From: an uncultured Hyphomicrobiales bacterium
GTDB taxonomy: Bacteria > Pseudomonadota > Alphaproteobacteria > Rhizobiales > CAZSNL01
Direction: 5' to 3'
DNA: 64,000 bases
Assembly: GCA_964608275.1 (NCBI GenBank)
Contig: CAZSNL010000001.1
Location: forward strand, 9,088-73,087
Shown here: positions 19,914-28,803 of the stretch, piece after piece
Numbering within the stretch: the first letter of the stretch is position 1
Layout of the letters: each line of letters begins with the position of its first letter
The notes under the pieces: model-generated
Told to the model about the DNA's origin: nothing
Databases searched by the model: none
What the model saw: only the letters and a program-made list of their open reading frames with translations
Made by a program: the position numbers and the translations under genes

Positions 19914-21488
19914 TCATTCCTTCAAGGCAGCCCGCAATTCCTCGACGATGATCCGGCGGATCTCTTCCCTCATCGCATCGTCGTCCCTGCGTCGGGGCGA
20001 CGAGGGTGCGCCGAGCGGCTCGCGTCGCGTTTCACCGGGCACGCCGTCCGATGGCGCCTTCGGCAACGGCCCCTGCAGGTGCATCCTCGCGGTCTCGAAG
20101 GCAGCCATCGCTTCGCCTGGCTCGCTCGAATGAGCGATCCGCGTCCAGTGCACGAGATGCTGCGGGCCGATGTTCTCGCCGATCGAAGAGCGACCGAAGT
20201 ATCCCGTTCCCACCGTGAAGCTGGGCGCAAGGTAGGTTCCGTAGCCGGCCGCGCCCTGGCTGCAAGGCGCATTCACGACAACGCGGTAAGCCTCCACGGT
20301 GGAGCCGAAATCCAGGATCGTCTGCGCATTGCGGCTGTGGATCGCGGCAGAATGGCCGGCGCCCGAACTGCGAAGCAGTGCGCGCGCCTGGGCGATCGCA
20401 TCCTTGATGGTCCTTGCGACATAGTACCCGAGCACCGGGCACAGCTTCTCGCGCGACAGCTTTTCGCCGAAGCCGATGGTCTGTATCGGCGCCACAAGGA
20501 TCCGCGTCTTCGGCGGGACCTTGAATCCCGCTTCCGCCGCCACCCATGCCGCGTCGCGGCCCACCGACTCGACGTTGAAACCGCGTTCGTGGAAGAGGTA
20601 GCGGCGCAGGAGGTCACACTCGTCCTCGGAGCAGATGTGTGCGCCCGCCTTTTCCAGCTCGCGGACCAGCGATCCGGCAATCGATTCGACGGCGATCAGC
20701 ACCGACTCGTTGGTGCAGAGAATGGAATTGTCGAACGACTTCGACTCGACAATCCTTTCGGCGGCCTTCCTGAGGTCGGCGGTATCGTCGACCACGACCG
20801 GCGCGTTGCCGGGGCCGACGCCGATTGCCGGATTGGACGAGGAGTAGGCCGCCCGCACCATCGCGTTACCGCCGGTGGCGAGGATGACGTCGGTCTTGTC
20901 CGAGCGCATGTACTCCTCGATCAGCGGAATGGTCGGCCGTTCCACGACCTGTATCGCGGCTTCCGGAGCGCCGGCCTCTTCCGCCACCGATGCGAGATAG
21001 CGGGCGGCATGGACGCAGCATTCGCGCGCCGCCGGGTGCGGTGACAGGACCACGGCGTTGCGCGTCATCAGCGAAATCAGCGTCTTGAAGTTGACGGTGG
21101 CGATGGGATTGGTCGACGGCGTGAGCGCGAACACGACGCCGGCAGGCCGCGGCAATTCGACGATGCGCCGGTCGGCGTCGATCCGCGGATTGACGAAATC
21201 CCAGGATCGATAGTGATCGGCCAACGGCTTCGAGGTGAGGCGGTTCTTGATCGTCTTGTGCTCGACCACGCCGAAGCCGGTCTCGCGCACCGCCCATTCG
21301 GCATAGAAGGCCGCCTTCTCCTCGGCCGCCTCGGCCACCGCGTCGACAATCCGCTGGGTGTCCTCCCGGCCGTACCGCCGGAATGTCTCGCTGGCCCAGC
21401 GGGCCCGCTCGAGAACGATTTCCGCTGTCGAGCGACGGGCAGCGGGCGTATCGGAAATGTCGACCAGGGTGCGGATCTGCGGGTCCAT
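19914..21488 (-). CDS. CoA-acylating aldehyde dehydrogenase (PduP/EutE class) with Pro/Ser/Arg linker and C-terminal encapsulation-peptide-like helix
   Basis: The ATG at 21488 (MDPQIRTLV) overlaps the upstream stop (ATGA). Core strings FALTPSTNPIATV, ILATGGNAMVRAAYSSSNP, SFDNSILCTNESV (catalytic Cys context). The tail is ...PLPKAPSDGVPGETRREPLGAPSSPRRRDDDAMREEIRRIIVEELRAALKE. The 706-aa track ORF is an artefact of an open upstream frame. Confidence 0.9.
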   Translation of the reverse strand: MDPQIRTLVDISDTPAARRSTAEIVLERARWASETFRRYGREDTQRIVDAVAEAAEEKAAFYAEWAVRETGFGVVEHKTIKNRLTSKPLADHYRSWDFVNPRIDADRRIVELPRPAGVVFALTPSTNPIATVNFKTLISLMTRNAVVLSPHPAARECCVHAARYLASVAEEAGAPEAAIQVVERPTIPLIEEYMRSDKTDVILATGGNAMVRAAYSSSNPAIGVGPGNAPVVVDDTADLRKAAERIVESKSFDNSILCTNESVLIAVESIAGSLVRELEKAGAHICSEDECDLLRRYLFHERGFNVESVGRDAAWVAAEAGFKVPPKTRILVAPIQTIGFGEKLSREKLCPVLGYYVARTIKDAIAQARALLRSSGAGHSAAIHSRNAQTILDFGSTVEAYRVVVNAPCSQGAAGYGTYLAPSFTVGTGYFGRSSIGENIGPQHLVHWTRIAHSSEPGEAMAAFETARMHLQGPLPKAPSDGVPGETRREPLGAPSSPRRRDDDAMREEIRRIIVEELRAALKE

Positions 21489-22753
21489 CAGACTGCGCGC
21501 CTCCTGGTTCCCATGACCTCCGCGCTTGCCTTGCCGATGGCGACCTCCACCCGCCGCAGGAGGTCCTCGCACAGCGACTGGGTCATCAGGATGCCCGGCT
21601 TGAACTGCAGCACGCGCGGGTCGAGGGTCGAGAAGATCGCCCACACACCGTTCTCGTAAAGATGACGCATGACCGGCTTGGCGCCTTCGGGATGGTTGAA
21701 CTCCAGGCCCATCACCACCCCGTGCTGGCGGATGCCGACGAAGAAGTCCGGATAGAGATCGCGTATCTCGTCGAGGCCGGCGCGAATGAAGTCGGAGACG
21801 TAGCGGACCGTCGAGACGACCTCCGGGCGCTGGCAGATCTCCAGCACTTTCATCGCGACGATGCAGCCGATCTCCGCGCCACCCGCGGTGGACATGTGGG
21901 CAAACCCGTCTTCCTCGAGCCAGCCACCGTGGCGTTCGGAGACGACGCAGCAGGCAATGGGATAAAGCCCGCCGGTGATGCCCTTGCCGGTCACCAGGAT
22001 GTCGGGTTCGACGCCGTACCGCGTGATGCCCCACATGGCGCCGGTCCGCATGAGCCCGGTCTGGACCTCGTCGGCGATGTAGAGCGAACCATACCGTTCA
22101 CAGAGCTTCTTGACGCCCGGCAGGTAACCCTCCTGCGGCATCGGGAAGCCGTAGGTCGCCGGTATCGTCTCCATGATCACGGCGGCGACGTCGCGGCCGC
22201 GCAACGCGTCCTCCATCGCGTCGAGGTCGTTGAACGGCACCTGGATGAACTCGCCCTCGCGGTCCTCCGACAAAAACAGCTTGGAGAACCGCGGATCGCC
22301 GGTCTTGACCGCAAGGCCGGTGTGGCCGTGGTAGGCCTTGATGATCGAGACGATCCGGCGACGCTTGGTCGAGTGCCGCGCGGTCTTCAGGGCGAGGTCG
22401 ATGGCCTCGGCACCGCCGGCGCCATACATCGTGTAGGTCAGGTCGCCCGGGGTGCAGGCGGCAAGCGCTTCGGCCAGCGCGGTGCGCGCCAGCGAGGGGA
22501 AGTGGTGGTTCCCCATGTCGAAATGCCGGGTCGCGGCGTTCATCACCTCGACCAGCTCGGGATGGCGGTGCCCCAGGTTGTAGGTGCCGCCATTGAGATG
22601 GACGTCGTACAGCCGACGGCCATCCATGTCGTACAGGAAGTAGCCCTCGCGACGATCGATCACGAGGTCGACGCCCGCCTCCTGCCAGAACCGGGTCTTC
22701 CCGGGGTTCCAGAACGCTTTCGAGCGTTCGAGAAACTCTGCCTTCTCGATCAC
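21488..22753 (-). CDS. class-III aminotransferase-fold PLP enzyme; predicted amino-alcohol O-phosphate phospho-lyase by locus context
   Basis: GTG at 22753 with GGGAG upstream. LYIADEVQTGLMRTGAMWG and DILVTGKGITGG (PLP-Lys context) are class-III aminotransferase strings. The phospho-lyase role is inferred from neighbours only. Confidence 0.8.
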   Translation of the reverse strand: MIEKAEFLERSKAFWNPGKTRFWQEAGVDLVIDRREGYFLYDMDGRRLYDVHLNGGTYNLGHRHPELVEVMNAATRHFDMGNHHFPSLARTALAEALAACTPGDLTYTMYGAGGAEAIDLALKTARHSTKRRRIVSIIKAYHGHTGLAVKTGDPRFSKLFLSEDREGEFIQVPFNDLDAMEDALRGRDVAAVIMETIPATYGFPMPQEGYLPGVKKLCERYGSLYIADEVQTGLMRTGAMWGITRYGVEPDILVTGKGITGGLYPIACCVVSERHGGWLEEDGFAHMSTAGGAEIGCIVAMKVLEICQRPEVVSTVRYVSDFIRAGLDEIRDLYPDFFVGIRQHGVVMGLEFNHPEGAKPVMRHLYENGVWAIFSTLDPRVLQFKPGILMTQSLCEDLLRRVEVAIGKASAEVMGTRRRAV

Positions 22754-22800
22754 TGACCGCTCCCTGCTGCAATCCTCTTAGAAGGGATCGCCGTCAGACG

Positions 22801-22834
22801 CTTGACAGGTCACCGGAGCAACTTGACATCGCGC
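22801..22834. promoter_or_regulatory. bipartite direct repeat CTTGACAG-N13-CTTGACATCGCGC (copy A), 48 nt upstream of the aminotransferase-fold gene
   Basis: CTTGACA occurs at 22801-22807 and 22822-22828 (21-bp period), followed by TCGCGC. The same 8+13 nt core is found at 28804-28837. Confidence 0.55.
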
Positions 22835-22842
22835 ATCGGGGA

Positions 22843-23862
22843 TCAGGCGAAGCGACTGAGGTAGTCTTCCGCAAGCTCACAGGACACTCTCGTGAAATGC
22901 GGGGCCTGTTCCTGGGCCAGGTCCGTTTCGCTGTGCGAGCCGATCCACGCCAGCAGGCACATACGACGCAGCATCACGAACGTCGGGATTTCGTCCACGT
23001 CGGCCTTCGGAAGGTCCCGGACGGTGCGATAGCCGCGCAGCCAGGCATCGATGAGGTTGGGGACCTGGGGATTGTCCTCGATGAACGACAGTGCGGTTGC
23101 GACGTCGTACATGAACCAGCCGAATCCGGAGTCGTCGAAATCGATGACGCGCGTCTCGTCGCCGTCGATCAGCAGGTTGGCGAGCCGGATGTCGGCGTGG
23201 ATGAGGTTGTAGCGATCGGGCGCCTTCCCATACGCGGCAAGCCGGCGGCGTATCACGTCCTCCTGGCGCTGCAGGATGGCTTGTGCCTCGCGGTCCATGT
23301 TCGGGGCCTCACGCCAGTCGCCCCAGTTCGGCGTCGCGCCGATGGTGTGATCGAAATCCCAGATCAGGCGCTCGAAGTTGTCTGGCCGTTTCCAGCCCAT
23401 GGCATGCAGATGCAGGCGGGCCGAAACCGCGCCCAGCCGTTCGAACGGCTTCGTCAGGTCCTGGCTTTCGTCCGGTTCGACCCCTTCGACGAACTCGAAC
23501 ATCACCATGTACCGCGGCCGTGGCAGCCCCGGGACCTGGCCACGCTGGATGAGATTGCCGTCGCGGCCGGGAATGGCGGGCGGCGTCTCGACGCCGCCCT
23601 CCTCGCGCAACGCCTTCATCCATGCCAGCTCGCAGGCGATCGCGTTGCGGGTGTGATAGTCCTCGCGGTGAATGCGCAGGACCGTTCGCCGCCCGGAGGT
23701 CATCTCCACCAGGTAGGTGGCGTTTTCCGACAGGTTGATCAGCCGGGTGGTGGCGCCGTCCTCGACATCCCAGAGCGGCAGCGAGGCATCCGCGAGCCGG
23801 GCGAGATTGTCGAGAAGCGCCGCATGGTCCTCCGCGGGCGGTGGCTGGGTATGGGTATCCAT
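22843..23862 (-). CDS. aminoglycoside phosphotransferase (APH)-fold kinase; predicted amino-alcohol (1-amino-2-propanol) kinase by context
   Basis: The ATG at 23862 gives MDTHTQPPP... APH/choline-kinase signatures: LIHADIRLANLLIDGDETRVIDFDDSGFGWFMYD (HxD...N...IDFDD). Confidence 0.85.
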   Translation of the reverse strand: MDTHTQPPPAEDHAALLDNLARLADASLPLWDVEDGATTRLINLSENATYLVEMTSGRRTVLRIHREDYHTRNAIACELAWMKALREEGGVETPPAIPGRDGNLIQRGQVPGLPRPRYMVMFEFVEGVEPDESQDLTKPFERLGAVSARLHLHAMGWKRPDNFERLIWDFDHTIGATPNWGDWREAPNMDREAQAILQRQEDVIRRRLAAYGKAPDRYNLIHADIRLANLLIDGDETRVIDFDDSGFGWFMYDVATALSFIEDNPQVPNLIDAWLRGYRTVRDLPKADVDEIPTFVMLRRMCLLAWIGSHSETDLAQEQAPHFTRVSCELAEDYLSRFA

Positions 23863-23897
23863 GACGTTTTCCTCGTCCTGCACCGATCCGGGGCGCA

Positions 23898-24677
23898 TCA
23901 GGCCTCGGCCAGTGCCTCGATCGATTCGGGCAGTATCTGTCCGCCGTCGACGACGAGCGTCTGTCCGGTGATGTAGCCCGCTTCATCGGTGGCGAAGAAC
24001 AGCGCCGCGTTGCCGATGTCCTCGACGGCACCCAGCCGCTTGAGCGGGATGGAAGCCGCCATCGTGTCCAGGTATTCCTGACCCAGCCCCTCGAGCCCTT
24101 CGGTGATGATGTTGCCGGGCATGACGGCGTTGATGGTGATGTTGTACCGGGCCAGTTCCATGGCCGCCGTCTTCAGGAACCCGAGCTGGCCGGCCTTCGA
24201 GGCGGCGTAATGGGTCCAGCCGGGATAGCCGGTGATCGGACCGGTGATCGACGAGGTGATGATGATGCGGCCCTTGCCGCGGCGCTGCATCGCCGGGACC
24301 GCCGACCGGACCGAGAGGAACGTGCTCTTCAGGTTCGTGTTCAGGACGTGGTCCCAGTCATCCGGACCCATTTCGAGTAATTTGGTCTGCGGAAAGATGC
24401 CGGCATTCGCACACAGGATGTCGAGGCCGCCGAACTCGGCTTCGGTGCGCTCGACAAGGGCCTCGATCTGGTCGGGTTGGGTGACGTCACATGCACACCA
24501 TGCCGCCTTGCCGCCGGCTGCCTTCAGTTCGTCGACCGTGCGTTCGGCATCGGCCTGGCCGCGGGCGGCGATCATCACGTTCGCGCCGGCATTGGCGAAG
24601 ACGCGGGCGATTCCCTTGCCGATGCCCTTCGAACCGCCTGTAACGATGGCAGTACGGCCGGCGATAGACTTGAACAT
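23898..24677 (-). CDS. SDR family NAD(P)-dependent oxidoreductase (FabG-like); candidate aminoacetone/aminopropanol oxidoreductase by context
   Basis: [12 protein letters not shown] (TGxxxGIG), NAG, and the catalytic YAASKAG (YxxxK). Confidence 0.9.
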   Translation of the reverse strand: MFKSIAGRTAIVTGGSKGIGKGIARVFANAGANVMIAARGQADAERTVDELKAAGGKAAWCACDVTQPDQIEALVERTEAEFGGLDILCANAGIFPQTKLLEMGPDDWDHVLNTNLKSTFLSVRSAVPAMQRRGKGRIIITSSITGPITGYPGWTHYAASKAGQLGFLKTAAMELARYNITINAVMPGNIITEGLEGLGQEYLDTMAASIPLKRLGAVEDIGNAALFFATDEAGYITGQTLVVDGGQILPESIEALAEA

Positions 24678-24704
24678 CAGTACCTCCTTGGGGTTCGTGC
24701 GACA

Positions 24705-25514
24705 TTAATCGGATGAAACGGCGCCGGCGCGCCGGCTCATCCACCAGGAAACTCCAATGACGATGACGGTGAGTACGGCCGAGGCGGCCACCATCAGGGT
24801 GCCGACCGCCGGCACCAGCGGCGAGTAGCCGGAGACCATCTTGGCGTAGAGCCATTCCGGCAGCGTGGAGTCGGCGCCGGTGGTAAACAGCGACAGCGGG
24901 AAATTGCCCCACGACAGCAGGAATGCGAACGCGCCGGCGGCGACCACGCCGGGCCACAGAAGCGGCAACGTGACCTCGCGGAGCACCTGCCAGCCGCTTG
25001 CGCCCATGTCGCGGGCTGCCTCTTCCAGCGCCGGGTCGAACCCGAACGCGCGGATGGCGATGATGAGCGTCGCGATCGGCGCGATCCATACGAGATGGGC
25101 GACGATGGCGGTGTGCCAGGTCGGGATGATGCCCACCGCGTTGAACCACATCAGCAGGGCGAGCCCGAGCACCGCCTGCGGGAAGAAGATCGGCAGCAGG
25201 ATGAACTTCTGGAAGACGCCGCGGAAGCGCCAGCGGTAGCGGGCGAAGGCGAGGGCGCCGAAGAAGCCAACGATGACGGCGATCACGGTGACCGAAACGG
25301 CGATCTTCAGCGAGGTCAGGGTGAACTCGCGGACGGTGTAGGACGTGACCGCGTCGGCGTACCAGTCGGCGGTGTAGCGCTTGATCGGGAACGAGAGGTA
25401 CCGTGCCCTCGAGAACGACGCGAGGGTGACCGCAAGGATCGGCAGGTACAGGAAGGCGAGTATCAGGCCCCCGTAGACGTAGTAGGCAAGGCGCTCGGAG
25501 CGGGATCGTGTCAT
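24705..25514 (-). CDS. ABC transporter permease (PotC/PotI-like)
   Basis: The ATG at 25514 gives MTRSRSERLAYYVYGGLILAFLYLPIL... EAA-loop-like EEAARDMGASGWQVLREVTLPLLWPG. Confidence 0.85.
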   Translation of the reverse strand: MTRSRSERLAYYVYGGLILAFLYLPILAVTLASFSRARYLSFPIKRYTADWYADAVTSYTVREFTLTSLKIAVSVTVIAVIVGFFGALAFARYRWRFRGVFQKFILLPIFFPQAVLGLALLMWFNAVGIIPTWHTAIVAHLVWIAPIATLIIAIRAFGFDPALEEAARDMGASGWQVLREVTLPLLWPGVVAAGAFAFLLSWGNFPLSLFTTGADSTLPEWLYAKMVSGYSPLVPAVGTLMVAASAVLTVIVIGVSWWMSRRAGAVSSD

Positions 25515-25516
25515 CG

Positions 25517-26368
25517 CTATCTCCGCCCCATGATCCCGTCGAGGTCGATGCGCGACAGGGCGACGAACGCCAACGCACCGATGATCGCGATCAGCGATAC
25601 CGACAGCGCCGATCCCAGGGGCCAGTTCTGGCCGTAGGTGAACGCCCGCTCGATCTCGTCGGCGATGACGATGACGGCGCGGCCGCCGAGCAGCTTGGAT
25701 TCGGCGATCGCCCCGGCGGCGAGGACGAAGGTCAGCAGGCAGCCGACGACGATGCCCGGCATCGCGAGCGGAAGATCGATCTCCCACAGGATCCGCCACC
25801 GCGATGCGCCGAGATCGCTCGCCGCCTGGCGCACCTCCTCGGGGATCATTGCCAGTCCCTGCAGCAGCGGAAACAGCATGAACGGCAGGTACACGTAGAC
25901 GAGACCGAACACGATGATCGGCGTGTTGTAGGTCCAGCCCTCGAGGACGATCCCGGTCCACGACTGGACGTAGCCGCCGATCAGCCCCCCCTTCATCAGG
26001 GTGAGCACCCAGCCGTACAGCCGGATGTTCTCGGACACGATCAGCGTCAGCACGATGGCGATGACGATCACCAGGGAGAAGCGGCCGAAGACCCTCGTCA
26101 TCGCGTGGGCGAGCGGATAGCAGACGAGGAACAGGATCGCCGTCGCGAGCGCGGCCATGGCCAGCGACCAGGCGAGCGAACGCCAGTAGCCCTGTTCGAC
26201 GAACACGCGATAGGCCTCGAACGTGGGCGAATGGGCGAACGTGAACACCCGTTGCGGCATGATCGAGAACACCGCGATGACGACCAGCGGCGCAACGAAG
26301 ATCAGGACCATCAGGACCGTCATCGGCAACGATGACAGCAAGCCCTGACGTGCCTCCAGCCGGTCCAT
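25517..26368 (-). CDS. ABC transporter permease (PotB/PotH-like)
   Basis: The ATG at 26368 gives MDRLEARQGLLSSLPMTVLMVLIFVAPL... EAA loop RQAASDLGASRWRILWEIDLPLAMPG. It starts 1 nt after the ATPase stop. Confidence 0.85.
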   Translation of the reverse strand: MDRLEARQGLLSSLPMTVLMVLIFVAPLVVIAVFSIMPQRVFTFAHSPTFEAYRVFVEQGYWRSLAWSLAMAALATAILFLVCYPLAHAMTRVFGRFSLVIVIAIVLTLIVSENIRLYGWVLTLMKGGLIGGYVQSWTGIVLEGWTYNTPIIVFGLVYVYLPFMLFPLLQGLAMIPEEVRQAASDLGASRWRILWEIDLPLAMPGIVVGCLLTFVLAAGAIAESKLLGGRAVIVIADEIERAFTYGQNWPLGSALSVSLIAIIGALAFVALSRIDLDGIMGRR

Positions 26369-26369
26369 C

Positions 26370-27449
26370 TCAGCCCTCCAGGTCGTCGGCGAGCAGATGG
26401 GTCGAGGCGAGGTCGAAGCCGAGCCGGAGCTCGCTTCCGCCGTTGCCGGCAAGCTGGTCGTCGCGCAGTTTCTCGACGGTGATGGAACGGTCGCCGACGA
26501 GGACGTCGTAGTGAATGCGCGAACCGAGCTCGAAGGTCTCGCGCAGCTGGCCGGTCATGGTGCAGTCGGCATGCTGGCCGGCGGCCAGGAACCGGACCGA
26601 CTCGGGGCGGACCATGAGCAGCGCGCGCTCGCCCTCGGCGAGGCCGAGGCTGCCGTTGGCCACCGTGATCGGCAGGTCGACCCCACGGAAGCCGCCGTTG
26701 CCGTCGCCTTCCACCCGGAACAGATTGACCTCGCCCATGAACTCGGCGACGAACCGGGACCGGGGCGCCGCGTAGATCTCGGCTGCCGTGCCGACCTGAG
26801 CGATGCGGCCGGCGCGCATGATCGCGATGCGGTCGGACATCACCATCGCCTCCTCCAGCGAGTGGGTGATGTAGACGAACGTCCGGCCGGTGCGGCGGTG
26901 GAGCTCCTTGAGCTCCTTCTGGAGCTCCTTGCGAAGCCGGTAGTCGAGCGCCGACAGCGGCTCGTCGAAGAACAGGATCTGCGGGTCGAACGCCAGCGCG
27001 CGGGCGAGCGCGACGCGTTGCCGCTCGCCGCCGGAGCACTGGGTGACGCGCTTGCCGTAGTAGTTTCTCGGCAGCCGCAGGAGATCGAGAAGCTCCAACG
27101 CGCGGGCCTGCCGGTCAGCCGGCGGCACCCCCTTGATCTTCAAGGGAAACTCGATGTTCTGCCCGACCGTGCGATGGGGGAACAGCGCCAGCGACTGGAA
27201 CACCATGCAGGTCGGCCGCCGGTTGGCCGGGACGTGGTTGATGACCTCGTCGTGGAGATAGATCCGACCTTCGGTCGGCTCGTCCATGCCGACCAAGAGG
27301 CGGATCATCGTCGTCTTGCCGGATCCGGACGGTCCGACGATGGTGAGGAACTCGCCCTCCCGGATATCGAGGTCTATTCCGTCTATTGCCGTAAAATTGC
27401 CGAAGCGCTTGCTGACGCTGTCGAGTCGCAGCACGACCTTGGACGACAT
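26370..27449 (-). CDS. ABC transporter ATP-binding protein (PotA/spermidine-putrescine type, with C-terminal TOBE-like domain)
   Basis: Walker A GPSGSGKTT, CSGGERQRVALARALAFDPQILFFDEPLSALD, YITHSLEEAM. Confidence 0.9.
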   Translation of the reverse strand: MSSKVVLRLDSVSKRFGNFTAIDGIDLDIREGEFLTIVGPSGSGKTTMIRLLVGMDEPTEGRIYLHDEVINHVPANRRPTCMVFQSLALFPHRTVGQNIEFPLKIKGVPPADRQARALELLDLLRLPRNYYGKRVTQCSGGERQRVALARALAFDPQILFFDEPLSALDYRLRKELQKELKELHRRTGRTFVYITHSLEEAMVMSDRIAIMRAGRIAQVGTAAEIYAAPRSRFVAEFMGEVNLFRVEGDGNGGFRGVDLPITVANGSLGLAEGERALLMVRPESVRFLAAGQHADCTMTGQLRETFELGSRIHYDVLVGDRSITVEKLRDDQLAGNGGSELRLGFDLASTHLLADDLEG

Positions 27450-27523
27450 TCGTGAAACCCCAGGACAACGCCCCCGGTGCCGCGGAAGCTACAATGCGGG
27501 TGAACGGCGCACTTGCAGAGGGA

Positions 27524-27558
27524 AGGGGCCGGACGTGATCGCGGGCGTCGCGGCCCCT
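27524..27558 (-). other. GC-rich stem-loop immediately after the substrate-binding-protein gene (intercistronic attenuator/stabiliser candidate)
   Basis: On the minus-strand RNA: AGGGGCCG-C-GACG-(10 nt)-CGTC-CGGCCCCU, 12 paired positions with one bulge. It starts 7 nt after the stop at 27565 and has no U-tract. Confidence 0.4.
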
Positions 27559-27564
27559 GCCGGA

Positions 27565-28695
27565 TCAGCCCCGCCGAGCGGCGTTGTAAATCTCGATCAG
27601 CCGGTCATAGTCGGCGACAACGCCGTACTCGACGCAGCGGTCGATGTCCTCCTCAAGTTCGCTCCACTGGATGGCCTCGAGTTCCTCCTCGTCAAACTTC
27701 TCCATGACGTCCTCACGCCCCATCTGCGACACGGGGTTGTACGTTCCTTCCGAGAAGGCCACCGCCTTGCAGATGTCGGGTTCGTTGATGAAATGGAGGA
27801 AGTCCTCGGCGAGGGGACTGGGGTTGGGGTTGTTGACGAGTGACGTCAGTTCCACCCACACGATCCCGCTCTTGCCGTCCACCGGGCCGGAACGCGGCGT
27901 GATGGCCCGCACCTGCGTCTGGCCGTCATAGCGGGCTGGAGAGGCCGTATAGACACCGCCGGTGAAATAGGCGTCGATCTCGCCGTTGATGAGCGCGGTA
28001 TTCATGGTGACGAGATCTTCGCTGGCAAGGGTCGCCCCGCCGAAGATCTGCCTGGCGACCTCCTCGAAGCGGGATTCGCCGTCATCCGGCATCGGTTCGA
28101 ACGGATTGAGGTCGGCCGCCATGCACATGTGCATGATGTTCCAGTTGTCGTAGGTCAGCACCCCGTATTTCTTGTTCATCGACGGGTCGAGGAACAACTT
28201 GAAGCCCTGATCCTCCGCCATTTCCTGCGAGATCTTCTCGGTGTTGACCACGAACGAGAAGGGGCCGAAGCGCTGCACCATCCCGAGCAGGTGCTCGCCG
28301 GATTCGTCGTACGCCAGCGGGTAGTTCTGGAATGCCGGAAGCATGTCCTTGAAGTAGCCCTCGAACGCAGCCTTATCCATCGGCCGGATCAGGCCCTCCG
28401 GGTACATCCGCTGGCGTGCCCACGGCTGGTTGACGTTGATCAGGTCCCAGACGTTGACTTCGCCGGCGCGCAGCTTGTTGATCATGTCGGGATCGGAGGT
28501 GCCGCTTTCGGCGCGAACCGTGGCGCCCGGATGCCTTTCCCGGAACGGGCCCAGCACCTGATCGGTGTTGTAGCCCTCCCAGCACAGGATGTTCATTTCG
28601 TTTTCCCGCTGTGCCCAGGCACTGCGCGGCAATCCCATCGCGCTGACACCTGCCAGAGCGGCAGTTCCCTTCAGGAACGATCTGCGGTCAGCCAT
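27565..28695 (-). CDS. ABC transporter periplasmic substrate-binding protein (PotD/PotF family), Tat signal
   Basis: The ATG at 28695 is preceded by GGAGGAGGAGGA. Twin-arginine signal MADRRSFLKGTAALAGVSAMGLPRSAWA. The body matches family-1 solute-binding proteins of the polyamine type. Confidence 0.85.
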   Translation of the reverse strand: MADRRSFLKGTAALAGVSAMGLPRSAWAQRENEMNILCWEGYNTDQVLGPFRERHPGATVRAESGTSDPDMINKLRAGEVNVWDLINVNQPWARQRMYPEGLIRPMDKAAFEGYFKDMLPAFQNYPLAYDESGEHLLGMVQRFGPFSFVVNTEKISQEMAEDQGFKLFLDPSMNKKYGVLTYDNWNIMHMCMAADLNPFEPMPDDGESRFEEVARQIFGGATLASEDLVTMNTALINGEIDAYFTGGVYTASPARYDGQTQVRAITPRSGPVDGKSGIVWVELTSLVNNPNPSPLAEDFLHFINEPDICKAVAFSEGTYNPVSQMGREDVMEKFDEEELEAIQWSELEEDIDRCVEYGVVADYDRLIEIYNAARRG

Positions 28696-28803
28696 TCTCC
28701 TCCTCCTCCCAGCTATCGGGCGACAGGCAACACGTTGCGCCGCGGTCGCCAACGTGAGCTCCGTGCCAGAACCCGATAGTATCGAAGGAAGGCGGGCGGA
28801 CGG

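Noticed and set aside
19914-22034. The 706-aa track ORF suggests an N-terminally extended or fused aldehyde dehydrogenase.
   Set aside because: The first 181 codons overlap the aminotransferase-fold gene in another frame and read as low-complexity Arg/Gly/Pro sequence. The ATG at 21488 overlaps the upstream stop (ATGA) and gives a normal 524-aa AldDH.
22801-22834. Reading the repeated TTGACA hexamers as sigma70 -35 boxes of plus-strand (antisense) promoters.
   Set aside because: No -10-like hexamer lies 16-18 nt downstream of either hexamer on the plus strand, in either copy. The strict 21-bp phasing and the shared TCGCGC extension fit a protein-binding site better.
25981-25992. A homopolymeric C7/G7 run inside the PotB-like permease gene, as a possible phase-variation tract.
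   Set aside because: The run is short, lies in frame within a conserved permease segment (KGGL), and similar G6-G7 runs occur elsewhere in this GC-rich sequence. I see no evidence of slippage.
28740-28775. A possible sigma54 promoter for the importer operon (minus strand TGGCACGgagcTCAC).
   Set aside because: The -24 TGGCAC is present, but the -12 element lacks the essential GC (TCAC instead of TTGC). No enhancer-binding-protein gene is nearby.
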